The notes below the pieces were generated by a model. It had not been told where the DNA came from and did no database searches. It saw only the letters and a program-made list of their open reading frames with translations. A DNA stretch of 64,000 bases from an uncultured Chloroflexia bacterium (GTDB taxonomy: Bacteria > Chloroflexota > Limnocylindria > Limnocylindrales > CSP1-4), in the NCBI GenBank assembly GCA_963719285.1, contig CAVRBO010000004.1, positions 324,898 to 388,897 on the forward strand, given 5' to 3'. Shown piece after piece: positions 30,220 through 40,306 of the stretch (positions are counted from its first letter, which is position 1; the number at the start of each line of letters is the position of its first letter). Position numbers and translations under genes: made by a program.

Positions 30220-30252
30220 TCCGAGATGGTGCGGCGGAGCACCCCTCGTGGT

Positions 30253-30280
30253 CAGAATCGGCGAGGGCTTGGGCTATAGT
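30253..30280 (+). promoter_or_regulatory. candidate sigma70-like promoter TCAGAA-N16-TATAGT upstream of the Wzc-like gene
   Basis: AT-rich hexamers stand out in GC-rich intergenic DNA. Confidence 0.2.
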
Positions 30281-30318
30281 GTCCCGGCGCTGAGTCGGGA
30301 TCAAACGGCCCGAAGGCG

Positions 30319-32004
30319 TTGTTCGGGTCTACGAGACACCCCCGGGAGAGCTCATTGGATCGTCATCGCGAACTGGCCATCATCCGCTCGAGGCTGCTGC
30401 TCATCATCGCAGCGGTCATCCTCTCCGCGGGCGCCGCGTTCGGATACAGCATGATCCAGTCCAAGGTCTACGAGGCCAGGGCGACGCTGATCGTGGGCGG
30501 CGCGCTGAACCAGTCGAACGTGGACATCTCCGGGCTCCAGGCATCGCAGGCCGTGTCCGCCACGTACGCGAGGATCGCCACCACCCGGCCGGTCCTCGAC
30601 GCGGTCATCAAGAAGCTCAACCTGCGGACGACGGCCGAGGAGCTGCTCAAGAGCGTGACGGCCATCACGGGCAGTGACAGCACACTGGCCATCACGGCCC
30701 GCGACGGCGACCCGGCCCGGGCGGCCGACATCGCGAACTCGATCGTCGACGAGCTCATCGCCGATTTGCCGGCCCTGTCCGGCCAGTCCGCGGAGATCCG
30801 GGCCTCGGTCACCGCCTATCTCAAGGCGACCCAGGACCAGATCACCGCCGCCCAGGCGCAGGCCGTGAACCTGGCCAATGTCCAGAACCGGACGGCGGCA
30901 CAGGACGCCCAGCTGGTCGCCCTCCAGGACCAGCTCGTCAACCTGCGGGCGACGTACGCGTCGCTCCTCGCCTACCTGTCGGCCGGGGCCACGAACCTGC
31001 TCAGCGTCATCGAGCCGGCGGTCGCTCCCGACATCCCGATCTCGCCCCGTCCGGCGATCAACACGATCATCGCCGCCATCCTCGGCCTGCTCATCGCCGG
31101 TGCCGTCGTCCTCATCGCGGCGTATCTCGACGACCGGATCAAGACCCCCGAGGACGTCGAGGAGGTCGTCGGCCTGCCGACCCTCGGCTCGGTCATGAAG
31201 ATGGGCAACGAGCGGGGCCGGAGCGAGATCTACCGCCTCGTGACGCTGCTGTACCCGCGGTCCGCGGTCGCCGAGTCGTACCGGATGCTCCGCTCGAACC
31301 TCGAGTTCGCGCGGGTCGACCGACCGATCCACACGATCCTCGTGACCAGCTCCCTGCCCGGAGAAGGCAAGACCGTCACGGCCGCGAACTTGGCCATCGC
31401 GTTCGCGCTGGAGGGACGGCGGGTCCTCCTCGTCGACGCGGACCTGCGCAAGCCCGCGGTCCACACGCTGTTCGACGTGCCGAACACTCAGGGCCTCACG
31501 ACGATGCTCCGGAGCGACTCGGTCAGCCTCGAGTCCGTGGCCCACACGAACGAGCAGGAGCGCCTGAAGGTCCTGACGTCCGGCCCGCTCCCGCCGAACC
31601 CGGCCGAGATGCTCGGCTCGCAACGGATGCTCACGGTCCTCCAGCGGCTCCAGGCCAGCCAGGATGTCCTCATCATCGACAGCGCCCCCCTGCGGGTCGT
31701 CACCGACGCCGCGATCCTCAGCGCGTTCGTCGACGGCACGCTCCTCGTGATCGACGCGAGCAAGAGTCGCCGCGCCGCCGTCCGCCTGGGTCGCGAGGCG
31801 CTCACCCGGGTCAACGCCCAGGTGCTCGGCGTGGTCCTCAACCGCGTCCCGACACCGTCGCACGTCGGCAACCCGCTCCTGGACGGCTACCACGAGGGGA
31901 CGGTCGAAGAGCCGGCGCCGCCGTCGGGATCGTGGCCCAAGGTCCGGACCACGCTCGAGGACCGCCTCCGCGGCCGGCCCGCCGGGGGTCCCGACCAGCC
32001 CTGA
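30319..32004 (+). CDS. polysaccharide co-polymerase + tyrosine autokinase (Wzz domain fused to CpsD/BY-kinase, Wzc-like)
   Basis: N-terminal TM, long periplasmic coiled region and second TM (Wzz). C-terminal Walker A (SSLPGEGKTVTAANLAIAFA) and ...VLLVDADLRKP... TTG start is uncertain. Confidence 0.75.
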   Translation: MFGSTRHPRESSLDRHRELAIIRSRLLLIIAAVILSAGAAFGYSMIQSKVYEARATLIVGGALNQSNVDISGLQASQAVSATYARIATTRPVLDAVIKKLNLRTTAEELLKSVTAITGSDSTLAITARDGDPARAADIANSIVDELIADLPALSGQSAEIRASVTAYLKATQDQITAAQAQAVNLANVQNRTAAQDAQLVALQDQLVNLRATYASLLAYLSAGATNLLSVIEPAVAPDIPISPRPAINTIIAAILGLLIAGAVVLIAAYLDDRIKTPEDVEEVVGLPTLGSVMKMGNERGRSEIYRLVTLLYPRSAVAESYRMLRSNLEFARVDRPIHTILVTSSLPGEGKTVTAANLAIAFALEGRRVLLVDADLRKPAVHTLFDVPNTQGLTTMLRSDSVSLESVAHTNEQERLKVLTSGPLPPNPAEMLGSQRMLTVLQRLQASQDVLIIDSAPLRVVTDAAILSAFVDGTLLVIDASKSRRAAVRLGREALTRVNAQVLGVVLNRVPTPSHVGNPLLDGYHEGTVEEPAPPSGSWPKVRTTLEDRLRGRPAGGPDQP

Positions 32005-32059
32005 GGCATCGGTTGTCGGCTTGAGCAGCGGCCCTCGGCCCGTGCAGCGGCCCGAGGCC

Positions 32060-33199
32060 TCAGCTCGGGGTAGGGCCCGGCAGCAGGCCCATCGCCTCGA
32101 CGATCGTCCGGTTGACCGCGCGGACGTCGAACCGTTCCTCGGCCAGCGTGCGGCTCTGGGCACCCATCTCGGCGAGCCGACCCGGCTCCTCGATGAGCCT
32201 GACCATGGCAGCCGCGAGCGCCGGCCCGTCGCGTACGGGGACGACATAGCCGTTCCGGCCATCGACGACCGTCTCCCGGCAGCCGGGCACATCGGTCACG
32301 ATCGCCGGCCGGCCCATCGCCATGGCCTCGAGCACGGATCGGGGCATCCCCTCGCCGTACGAGGGGAGGACGCAGACGTGGGCCGCGGCGAGGTTCGGGC
32401 GCACGTCGTTCGTGCGCCCGAGGTACTCGATCGCGCCCGTGGCGACCCAGCCGTCGAGCTCCGCCGGCGAGATCGCCGACGGATTGGTGTCCATCGGCCC
32501 GAGGAGCTGGAATCGCGCCTCCGGATGCGTCTTTCCCACGATCGTGGCGGCCTCCACGAACTCCGCCACGCCCTTGTCCCGGATGACCCTCCCGATCAGC
32601 AGGAAGGTGATTGGGCCCTCGGGCAGCGGGGTCGGACCGAACTTCGCGAGGTCCACGCCGGACCCGCCGACGCGAAGGATGCGCTGGCCCCGTCGGCCGA
32701 CCAGGCCGAGCGACCGGAACAGCGCCTCGTCGTCGGGGTTCTGGAAGAACACGACATGGACCCCCGCGAGCCCGGCCCGGTAGAGCCGCCGGACCAGCCA
32801 CGAGACCAGGCGCCGCTTCCGGCTGTCCCCTCCGCTGAACGCGGAGCCGGTCCCCGTGATCATGGCGACCCGCAACGGGACGCGGGCGAGACGTGCGGCC
32901 AGCGAGCCATAGATGACCGGCTTGACCGCGTACACGAACACCGCGTCCGGACGGAACCGGCGGAAGGCCCGCGCGAGGGCGATGGTCGTCCCCGCGTCGC
33001 GGACGGGGTTCATCCCGGTCCGGCGGAGTGGCACCGACCGGTAGCGGACGCCCATCTCCTTGAGCGCGGCGGCGACCGCCGGGTCGTCCTCCGGCGCCAT
33101 CGCGAGGACGTCATGGCCGAGCTCCACCATCGAGCGGAGCATGTCGCCTCGGAAGGCGATGAGCGAGTTCGCGAAACCGCCGACGACGGCGATCTTCAT
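32060..33199 (-). CDS. glycosyltransferase family 4 (GT-B, retaining)
   Basis: MKIAVVGG... and C-terminal E-x7-E-type motif region (LPSYGEGMPRSVLEAMAMGRPAIVTDVPG). ATG at 33199 with CAT verified on the plus strand. Confidence 0.8.
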   Translation of the reverse strand: MKIAVVGGFANSLIAFRGDMLRSMVELGHDVLAMAPEDDPAVAAALKEMGVRYRSVPLRRTGMNPVRDAGTTIALARAFRRFRPDAVFVYAVKPVIYGSLAARLARVPLRVAMITGTGSAFSGGDSRKRRLVSWLVRRLYRAGLAGVHVVFFQNPDDEALFRSLGLVGRRGQRILRVGGSGVDLAKFGPTPLPEGPITFLLIGRVIRDKGVAEFVEAATIVGKTHPEARFQLLGPMDTNPSAISPAELDGWVATGAIEYLGRTNDVRPNLAAAHVCVLPSYGEGMPRSVLEAMAMGRPAIVTDVPGCRETVVDGRNGYVVPVRDGPALAAAMVRLIEEPGRLAEMGAQSRTLAEERFDVRAVNRTIVEAMGLLPGPTPS

Positions 33200-35157
33200 G
33201 CCGGCGTCCCGGCGGACTCCTGCCTGTCCAGCCAGGCCTCGAACATGAGCACCACCCAGAGCGGGTACTGGACGTTGCGCCGGCCTTCCAGGTGGTCGCG
33301 CAGCGCCGCCGTGATCGGGGCCGGGTCGAAGTAGCCCTCGCGCTTGAGGCGCGACTCGGACAGCAGGTCCGTCGCCCACTCGCGCAGCGGCCCCCGGAGC
33401 CAGCGGTCGATGGGGATGCCGAAGCCCTGCTTCGGCCGATCGATGAGCGGCTTGGGCACGTGCCGGTCGAGCACCTGCCGGAGCAGCCACTTGCCTTCGC
33501 CGCCGCGGATCCGCTGCTCGAGCGGCAGGCGCCAGGCGAATTCCACGACGCGGTGGTCGAGGAGCGGTGCGCGCGCCTCGAGGCTCGCGCCCATGCTCGC
33601 CCGGTCGACCTTGGCCAGGATGTCGTCCGGCAGGTAGCCGACGAGGTCGAACAGCATCATCCGCTCGGCCGGCTCCATGAGGGTCGATCGGACGGACTTG
33701 AACGGCAGCGGTGGCTCGACCCCTCCGACGACCATGCCGGCCGGCTCCGGCCAGGTCGACACGAGGCGGGTGTACATCTCGTCGACCGACCCGAGGGCCA
33801 GCACGGAGGCGAGCTTGTGGACGCGGTTCCCGCTCACGAACCCGCGCCGACCGGACGGCAGGACCCGGTCGATGATCCGCCCGGCGCGATCCCACGTGCG
33901 TGGCCTGATCCCCTCCGCGAGCCGGGCCGCTCCGCGACGGGCAGGCCGGGGTACGCGGGAGAGACGCTTCCAGGTCCGCATCCCGGTCACGTAGCGGTTG
34001 TAGCCGCCGAACACCTCGTCGCCGCCGTCGCCCGACAAGGCGACGGTCACGCTCCGACGGGCCAGCTCCGAGACGAGGAACGTGGGGATCTGCGAGGCGT
34101 CGGCGAACGGCTCGTCGTACAGGTCCGGGAGGCGGGGGATGACCGCCTGCATCTCGGCCGGGGTCACCCGGAGCTCCGTGTGGTCGGTGCCCAGATGGGC
34201 GGCGACGGCTTTGGCCGCGACCGACTCGTCGTACTCGGTGTTGTCATAGCCGATCGTGAACGTGCGGACCGGCCGCGAGCTGTGCGCCTGCATGAGCGCC
34301 ACGACGGTGGACGAATCGATCCCGCCCGACAGGAACGCCCCGAGCGGCACGTCCGAGACCATCCGCAGCTTCACGGCGTCGCCGAGCAGCGACTCGAGCG
34401 CGTCGACCGCTTCCTCGTCCGTGTAGTCCGACCGGTCGCGCTGCCCGGCGTCCGCCATCGCGACCGGATCCCAGTACGGGCGGGGCTCGGGCAGCTCGCC
34501 CGGCCGGTCCGGCCCGAACGTGATCCAGGTCGCCGGCGGGAGCTTGTGGATCCCGACGTGGATGGACCGCGGCGCGGGCACGTAGCAGAAGCGCAGGAAG
34601 GCCGTCAGCGCGTCGCGGTCGACCGGAGCGCGGAACGCGGGGTGTGCGCGCAACGCTTTCAGTTCCGACCCGAAGAGCAGCGTCCCGTCCTGCCAGCCGT
34701 AATACAGCGGCTTCTTGCCGAGGCGGTCGCGGACGAGGTGAAGCTGCCGCTCCTGGGCGTCCCAGACCCCGAACGCGAACATGCCCCAGAAGCGCGGGAT
34801 CGTCTCTTCGACGCCCCAGTGGCTCAGTGCCTCGACGAGGACCTCGGTGTCCGAGTGGCCGCGGAACGTGCAGCCGGCCGCCTCGAGCTCCGTGCGGATC
34901 GCCTGGAAGTTGTAGGCCTCGCCGTTGTACGCGACCGTGTACCGCCCGTCGGCCGACGACATCGGCTGATGCCCGAGTGGCGACACGTCGATGATCGCCA
35001 GCCGCTGCGACCCGAAGCCGACCTCGCCGTTCGGGTCCGACCAGTTGCCCGCGTCGTCCGGCCCCCGGTGGGCGAGCGTCGCCGACATCCGGCCGGCCAT
35101 CGCCGCGCGCTCCGAGGGGTCGCCGGGCGCCCCGAGCAGGCCTGCGAATCCACACAC
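33196..35157 (-). CDS. asparagine synthase (glutamine-hydrolysing) family amidotransferase (AsnB/WbpS-like)
   Basis: N-terminal nucleophile (M)CGFAGLLG..., then SGGIDSS PP-loop. GTG start at 35157 gives Cys2 after Met removal. Upstream ORF extension is rejected. Confidence 0.8.
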   Translation of the reverse strand: MCGFAGLLGAPGDPSERAAMAGRMSATLAHRGPDDAGNWSDPNGEVGFGSQRLAIIDVSPLGHQPMSSADGRYTVAYNGEAYNFQAIRTELEAAGCTFRGHSDTEVLVEALSHWGVEETIPRFWGMFAFGVWDAQERQLHLVRDRLGKKPLYYGWQDGTLLFGSELKALRAHPAFRAPVDRDALTAFLRFCYVPAPRSIHVGIHKLPPATWITFGPDRPGELPEPRPYWDPVAMADAGQRDRSDYTDEEAVDALESLLGDAVKLRMVSDVPLGAFLSGGIDSSTVVALMQAHSSRPVRTFTIGYDNTEYDESVAAKAVAAHLGTDHTELRVTPAEMQAVIPRLPDLYDEPFADASQIPTFLVSELARRSVTVALSGDGGDEVFGGYNRYVTGMRTWKRLSRVPRPARRGAARLAEGIRPRTWDRAGRIIDRVLPSGRRGFVSGNRVHKLASVLALGSVDEMYTRLVSTWPEPAGMVVGGVEPPLPFKSVRSTLMEPAERMMLFDLVGYLPDDILAKVDRASMGASLEARAPLLDHRVVEFAWRLPLEQRIRGGEGKWLLRQVLDRHVPKPLIDRPKQGFGIPIDRWLRGPLREWATDLLSESRLKREGYFDPAPITAALRDHLEGRRNVQYPLWVVLMFEAWLDRQESAGTPA

Positions 35158-35326
35158 GTGCCATGTTCTCCGATAAGGTGGGCGGCGGACCCTGGGCAGG
35201 CGCGACGAAGGTACCCCCGCCACGATCCGGTCCGTCCTCTATCGTACGACCGGTGCTCCAAGCGTGGAGCCCGGGTCGCCCACCCGGGGCTCTCCGGCGC
35301 TCGCCCCAGTCCCAGCGGAGAACATC

Positions 35327-36298
35327 GTGAACACCCTCGTGACCGGCGGCGCCGGGTTCATCGGCCATCATCTCGTGCGCGGCCTGCTCGCCCGCGGCGA
35401 CGAGGTGACGGTCATCGACGACCTGTCGACCGGGTTCAGGAGCCGGCTCGAGCCCGTCATCGGCTCGATCAGGTTCGTCGAGGGCAGCATCCTGGATCCG
35501 GACGCGCTCGACCGGGCGGTCGCCGGCAACGAGGTGATCCTTCACGAGGCCGCCATCCCGTCCGTCGCCCGATCGCTCCTCAAGCCCGAGCTCTCGAATG
35601 CGGTCAACGCCGGGGGCACCATCCAGGTGATGCTCGCGGCCGCCCGCCATGGCGTCCGTCGGGTCGTCTACGCGGGCTCGTCGTCGGTGTACGGGATCCC
35701 TGCGACGCTGCCCTGCGTCGAGACGATGAAGCCCGACCCGCGATCGCCGTACGGGGTGAGCAAGATCGCCGCCGAGCTGTACCTCCACACGCTCGGCGAC
35801 CTGCACGGGATCGAGACGGTCGTCCTGCGCTACTTCAACGTGTTCGGTCCGGGTCAGGATCCGAACTCCGAGTACGCCGCGGTCGTGCCCAAGTTCGTGA
35901 CCGCCGCCCTCACCGGAGAACGCCCCACCGTGAACGGGACGGGCGACGTGTCGCGCGATTTCACGTTCATCGACAACGTCGTCTCGGCGAACCTGCTCGC
36001 GTCGCTCGCCACGAGCGGCTCACCGCTCACCTGCAACGTGGCGTGCGGCACGCGGTTCAGCCTGCTGGAGCTGCTCGACGCGATATCGGCCGTGACCGGC
36101 CGACCGGCCGACCCGATCTTCGGGCCGCCGCGCAAGGGCGACATCCGGGACTCCGAGGCCGACATCTCGGTCGCCCGGCGCGAGCTCGGCTACGAGCCGC
36201 TCGTCCAGTTCAGGGAGGGGATCGCCCGCACGGTCGCCTGGTATCGGGACAACGAAGCGGGCGGGGCCACCGGCCCCGGGGCGTCGGCGCGCGCGTGA
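35327..36298 (+). CDS. NAD-dependent epimerase/dehydratase (UDP-sugar 4-epimerase, SDR family)
   Basis: TLVTGGAGFIGHHL..., YGVSK catalytic YxxxK. GTG at 35327 with RBS GGAGA 7 nt upstream gives a canonical N-terminus; the ORF extends to 35264. Confidence 0.75.
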   Translation: MNTLVTGGAGFIGHHLVRGLLARGDEVTVIDDLSTGFRSRLEPVIGSIRFVEGSILDPDALDRAVAGNEVILHEAAIPSVARSLLKPELSNAVNAGGTIQVMLAAARHGVRRVVYAGSSSVYGIPATLPCVETMKPDPRSPYGVSKIAAELYLHTLGDLHGIETVVLRYFNVFGPGQDPNSEYAAVVPKFVTAALTGERPTVNGTGDVSRDFTFIDNVVSANLLASLATSGSPLTCNVACGTRFSLLELLDAISAVTGRPADPIFGPPRKGDIRDSEADISVARRELGYEPLVQFREGIARTVAWYRDNEAGGATGPGASARA

Positions 36299-36341
36299 CC
36301 GACCGTCACGGCGAGTGGGTCCCACAGAGCGAGCGCCTGCG

Positions 36342-37697
36342 ATGAGGATCCCCGACCGGATCGCCCGCCGGATCCCCGGCGCCGAGTTCGTGCGCGGCTC
36401 GCTCAAGATCGTGGCCGGGACGGGGGTCGCCCAGGTCCTGTCGGTCCTGGCCGCGCCGATCATCACCCGCCTCTACAGCCCGGACGACTACGGCGTGTTC
36501 GCGGTGGCGACCGCGCTCCTCTCCGTGTTCGTCGCGATCACCTGCCTGCGCTACGAGTTCGCGATCCCGTTGCCCAAGGACGACGTCACCGCGGCGAACG
36601 TGCTGGCGCTGTCGGCCATCGCGAACACGGTCCTGAGTGCGGTCATCGCGATCGTGCTCATCCTGTTCGGCACGACGATCCTCAACGTCTTCGGGGCCGG
36701 CGTGGCCGGTCCGTACATCGCCCTGATCGCGATCGCCCAGTTCGGCGGTGGGTTGAGCTCGGCGCTTGCGAACTGGGCCGTGCGGACCAAGGACTTCTCG
36801 TCGATCGCGGTGGCCAACCTCGCCCAGGGGATCGGCGGCAATGTCGTGCCGGTGACGCTCGGGCTCCTGGGGACGGGCGTCATCGGGCTCGTGATCGGTG
36901 CGGTCGCCGGCAACCTGGCCGGCCTGTGGCGCCTGGGCCGGGCGGCCTGGCGGGCGAACGCCGACGCGTTCCGCCTCGTGACCTGGGCGGGCATCGCCGC
37001 CGCCGCCGATCGCTACCGCCGCTTCCCGATCTTCTCGAGCCCGTCAGCCCTCCTCGGCCAGATCGGCCAGCGCGCACCGGTACTCCTGGTCGTGGCGTTC
37101 TTCGGCACGATCGCCGGCGGGCAATACGCGCTCGCCGAACGGCTGTGCGGCCTGCCCGTGACGCTCGTCGCCGGCGCGGTCGGGCAGGTCTACATCGCCG
37201 AATCGGCGCTTCTCGCCCGGGAGGACCCGGCCGGCCTCGCCGGCCTCTTCCGCCGAACGACGCTGTCGCTGGCCAAGATCGCCATCCTGCCCGCCGTCGC
37301 CGTGGCGATCGGCGCCCCGCTCGCCTTCGGCCTCGTGTTCGGCGACCGCTGGACGCTGGCCGGCCAGTTCGTGGCGGTCCTCGTGCCGATGTTCTACGTG
37401 GCGTTCGTGACGACGGCGACCGGCGACGTGCTCTACGTCCTCGAGCGCCAGGGACTCCACCTGGTGCGCGAGGTCCTGCGCTTCGGGTTCCTGGCCGGGA
37501 GCGTCGTCCTGGCGTCCGCCCTGTCCCTGCCGGCCCTCGGGGCCGTCGCCGTCCTGAGCGCGGCCGGCTGCCTGGCCTACCTCCTGTACGGGATCATCTC
37601 GTGGCGGGCCATCGCCACCTACCAGCCGCGCCACGGGCCCGGTGCGACCGGTGACGGGCTCGGACCGGGCGTCCCGGAGCCGACCTCGGCCAGCTGA
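36342..37697 (+). CDS. wzx: oligosaccharide flippase (Wzx, MOP superfamily)
   Basis: ~12 predicted TM helices. N-terminus KIVAGTGVAQVLSVLAAPIITRLYSPDDYGVFAVATALLSV is typical of Wzx/polysaccharide biosynthesis proteins. Confidence 0.7.
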   Translation: MRIPDRIARRIPGAEFVRGSLKIVAGTGVAQVLSVLAAPIITRLYSPDDYGVFAVATALLSVFVAITCLRYEFAIPLPKDDVTAANVLALSAIANTVLSAVIAIVLILFGTTILNVFGAGVAGPYIALIAIAQFGGGLSSALANWAVRTKDFSSIAVANLAQGIGGNVVPVTLGLLGTGVIGLVIGAVAGNLAGLWRLGRAAWRANADAFRLVTWAGIAAAADRYRRFPIFSSPSALLGQIGQRAPVLLVVAFFGTIAGGQYALAERLCGLPVTLVAGAVGQVYIAESALLAREDPAGLAGLFRRTTLSLAKIAILPAVAVAIGAPLAFGLVFGDRWTLAGQFVAVLVPMFYVAFVTTATGDVLYVLERQGLHLVREVLRFGFLAGSVVLASALSLPALGAVAVLSAAGCLAYLLYGIISWRAIATYQPRHGPGATGDGLGPGVPEPTSAS

Positions 37698-37734
37698 CCT
37701 GGTCGCGGCCGGGCCGCGAGCCCGGCGCCGGCCC

Positions 37735-39171
37735 TCAGGACCCGAACAGCTCCCGGAGGAGGGTCAGGTAGGTATCCTTCGCGGTCGGCGTCTCGAGGCT
37801 GCTGTTGTGCCAAAGGAGCGACAGATCGCCGCCGTGGCGACGGGTCCGGCGGGCCATGTCGGCGACGGTCGCCAGGCGGTCGGGGAGCGCCGTGGACATC
37901 CGCTGGAGGAGCGTGACGTCCATGACGTGGAGCGGCCGGACCCGCAGCGCGAGCGGCGCCCCGGCCACGATGTCCCACGCCGGGAAGCTGCGCGCGGTCC
38001 CGGCCCGATACCCCACGGCGTCCGCGAAGCCGAGCGATTCGTCCTCAGTGAGGCCGGCCTCGGCCTGCAGGCGCCAGGTGTCGCCGGCCCGGAACCGCAG
38101 GAAGTGCTGGCGGATGGCGCGGCGCAGGACGCCCGGCGGGAGGTCGGCGCCGGCCCGCTCCAGGAGTGCCCACTCGGCCCGGAGACGCTCCACGTCGTCG
38201 AAGCTGTTGTAGCTCCCGTGGAGTCCGATGTGGTGACCGCGCCGGCCGATCTCGGCGATCAGCCGCCGGGCCCACGGCCGGTCGATCCGGTATCGCGATC
38301 CGTCGGGCACCTCGGTCTCGCGGGTGAGGAAGAAGAACGTGCTCTTGACGCCCCTTGCCTCGCTCGCGGTCATCAGGAAATCGAAGACGGTGTACGGGTC
38401 GAGCGGCCCGACGCCGCTCGGCGTCGGCAGGAACGAGGCGGCCCGTCGTAACGCGAGGCGCGGGTCGCGCCGGTGGATCGCATCCCCGGCGACGACCCGC
38501 AGGGCGTGGGTGCCACGCCAGTGCGCCCGCGATGACGGGTGATCGACGTCGTGGCTCACGATCGCCCGTCCCGGACCGCCAGCCTCGAGCGCTAGGCCCG
38601 ACCAGGCGCGCTCGATGAGGCCCCGGAAGGCGGTCAGGTACATGTCCAGGACCGGCCATTCAAGCCAGCCGGTCCGTCCGAGGACCGACGCGCCTGCCGG
38701 CGACCGGTCGCGGTCGTCCCGTGCGGCGCCGTCGACCGCCTCCTCGTACCGGCTGAGCAGGAAGAAGACGCTCGCGACGAGGTCGAGCCGGAACTCGAAC
38801 CGGTCGCCGTCCACGGCCACGAGGCCGTCGCCCGCCGGCGGGACGGCGAACAGGAGCGGCAGCATGCCGTCGAAGCCCGCCCAGGCCGGCGCGTCGATCG
38901 ACGCCAGCGCGGCGCCCGGGAGGCTGTCCGGCGAGAGCCACGCGGTGGCCGGGCCCAGCAGCGTCTCGGGCAGCACGATCACGGGCCCCCTGTCGCGACC
39001 GGCGAGCCGGATCCGGGTCTCAGCCAGGGCCGGGTCGATGTGGACGGTGTGGCCGACGCCGAGCCACTCCCCGAACAGGACGCCCAGGGCGTACGCCCGC
39101 TCCGGCCCGCGACCGGCGGGCGTCTCGACGAGGAACTCCGCCGGGCGCGCGGAGGTGGGCGCGGTGGCCAT
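37735..39171 (-). CDS. polysaccharide deacetylase-like (CE4/DUF2334-like) protein
   Basis: ...IVSHDVDHPSS... (D-x-D-H), ...IGLHGSY... (H-x-x-H-like). Assignment is tentative. Confidence 0.5.
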   Translation of the reverse strand: MATAPTSARPAEFLVETPAGRGPERAYALGVLFGEWLGVGHTVHIDPALAETRIRLAGRDRGPVIVLPETLLGPATAWLSPDSLPGAALASIDAPAWAGFDGMLPLLFAVPPAGDGLVAVDGDRFEFRLDLVASVFFLLSRYEEAVDGAARDDRDRSPAGASVLGRTGWLEWPVLDMYLTAFRGLIERAWSGLALEAGGPGRAIVSHDVDHPSSRAHWRGTHALRVVAGDAIHRRDPRLALRRAASFLPTPSGVGPLDPYTVFDFLMTASEARGVKSTFFFLTRETEVPDGSRYRIDRPWARRLIAEIGRRGHHIGLHGSYNSFDDVERLRAEWALLERAGADLPPGVLRRAIRQHFLRFRAGDTWRLQAEAGLTEDESLGFADAVGYRAGTARSFPAWDIVAGAPLALRVRPLHVMDVTLLQRMSTALPDRLATVADMARRTRRHGGDLSLLWHNSSLETPTAKDTYLTLLRELFGS

Positions 39172-39175
39172 CCCG

Positions 39176-40306
39176 TCAGCCCCGCTCGGTCCGGGCTCCC
39201 TGGACGGAGGCGTAGATCTCCTCCCAGCGGTCGGCGACCTTCTCGAGATCGAACCCAGCCCGGACGTTCGCCTGGAGCGCCTTGCCGATCGCCGCTCGCT
39301 CCTCGGGCGTCTTGTCCAGCATCGCCGTCATCGCCGCGGCGATCGAGTCCACCGTCGGCTCGCACAGGATCGCGCCGAGGTCGGCCCGCGCGATGTCGCG
39401 GTTGCCGCCGACGTCCGTGGATACGATCGGGAGCGCCTGGGCGGCCGCCTCGAGCAGGACCATCGGCAGGCCCTCCCAGTGCGAGGCCATCACGAACGCG
39501 TCGGAGCTCGCGAGGAGTGCCGCGACGTCGTGCCGTTCACCGAGCTGGTAGACGACATCGCCGAGGCCCCGGTCCGCCACGACCTGCGCGACGTGGGTCT
39601 CCTCGACCCCGTAACCCACGATCGCGAGACGGATCTCCGGGTGCGTCCGGCGAACCACGTCGAACGCCTCGACGAGCATCGCGTGGCCCTTCTCCGGCAC
39701 GAGCCGGCCGACACAGATCCACACGAATCCGTCGGGACCGCCGAGCTCCCGCCGGGTCGCCGCTCGGGTCTCGGCGGTCACGTCCTCGTCGGCGAGGTCG
39801 ATCCCGTTGGGGACCGTGATGATCCGCCCCCGCCCGACCGCCTTGATCCGCTCGTAGCGCTCGGAGATGACGCTCGAGACGGCCGTCGTCTGGCTCGACG
39901 CCCGATCCGTGAGGCGGTAGGCGATCTCGCGCCAGTGCGCCCCTTCGTTGACGTTGTGGGCGGTCCCGACGACCGGCACCGACCAATCGAACACCCGCCC
40001 CGCCCGGGCCAGCAGGTTGGCGTGGACCATGTGGCTGTGGATGACGTCCGGGCGCCACTTGCGCACGAACCGGACGTACCTCATGAACCCTCGCGGCGTG
40101 GGCCGGGCGCGTTGCATGTCGAGGCTCACGACCTCGGCGCCGGCCGCCAGCAGCTCCTCGACGTGGGCCCACGGCTCGGTCATCGACACGACCGCGACCG
40201 CCCAGCCGCGGCGCCGGAAGCGTACGGTGAGGTCGACGATCTGCCGCTCCGCTCCGCCCCTGCCGAGCGACGTGATGAGCAGGAGCAGTCGGCGCTCCCT
40301 AGCCAT
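39176..40306 (-). CDS. glycosyltransferase family 4
   Basis: LLLLITSLGRGGAERQIVDL... and ...ASHWEGLPMVLLEAAAQALPIVSTDVGGN... GT4 motifs. Confidence 0.8.
   Translation of the reverse strand: MARERRLLLLITSLGRGGAERQIVDLTVRFRRRGWAVAVVSMTEPWAHVEELLAAGAEVVSLDMQRARPTPRGFMRYVRFVRKWRPDVIHSHMVHANLLARAGRVFDWSVPVVGTAHNVNEGAHWREIAYRLTDRASSQTTAVSSVISERYERIKAVGRGRIITVPNGIDLADEDVTAETRAATRRELGGPDGFVWICVGRLVPEKGHAMLVEAFDVVRRTHPEIRLAIVGYGVEETHVAQVVADRGLGDVVYQLGERHDVAALLASSDAFVMASHWEGLPMVLLEAAAQALPIVSTDVGGNRDIARADLGAILCEPTVDSIAAAMTAMLDKTPEERAAIGKALQANVRAGFDLEKVADRWEEIYASVQGARTERG

Noticed and set aside
33199-33895. N-terminal 232-codon extension of the GT4 ORF (and the similar extension of the asnB-like ORF 35158..35223)
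   Set aside because: Arg/Pro-rich with no homology. Internal ATG (MKIAVVGG) and GTG-Cys2 starts match family N-termini and adjoin neighbouring genes with 4-nt overlaps.
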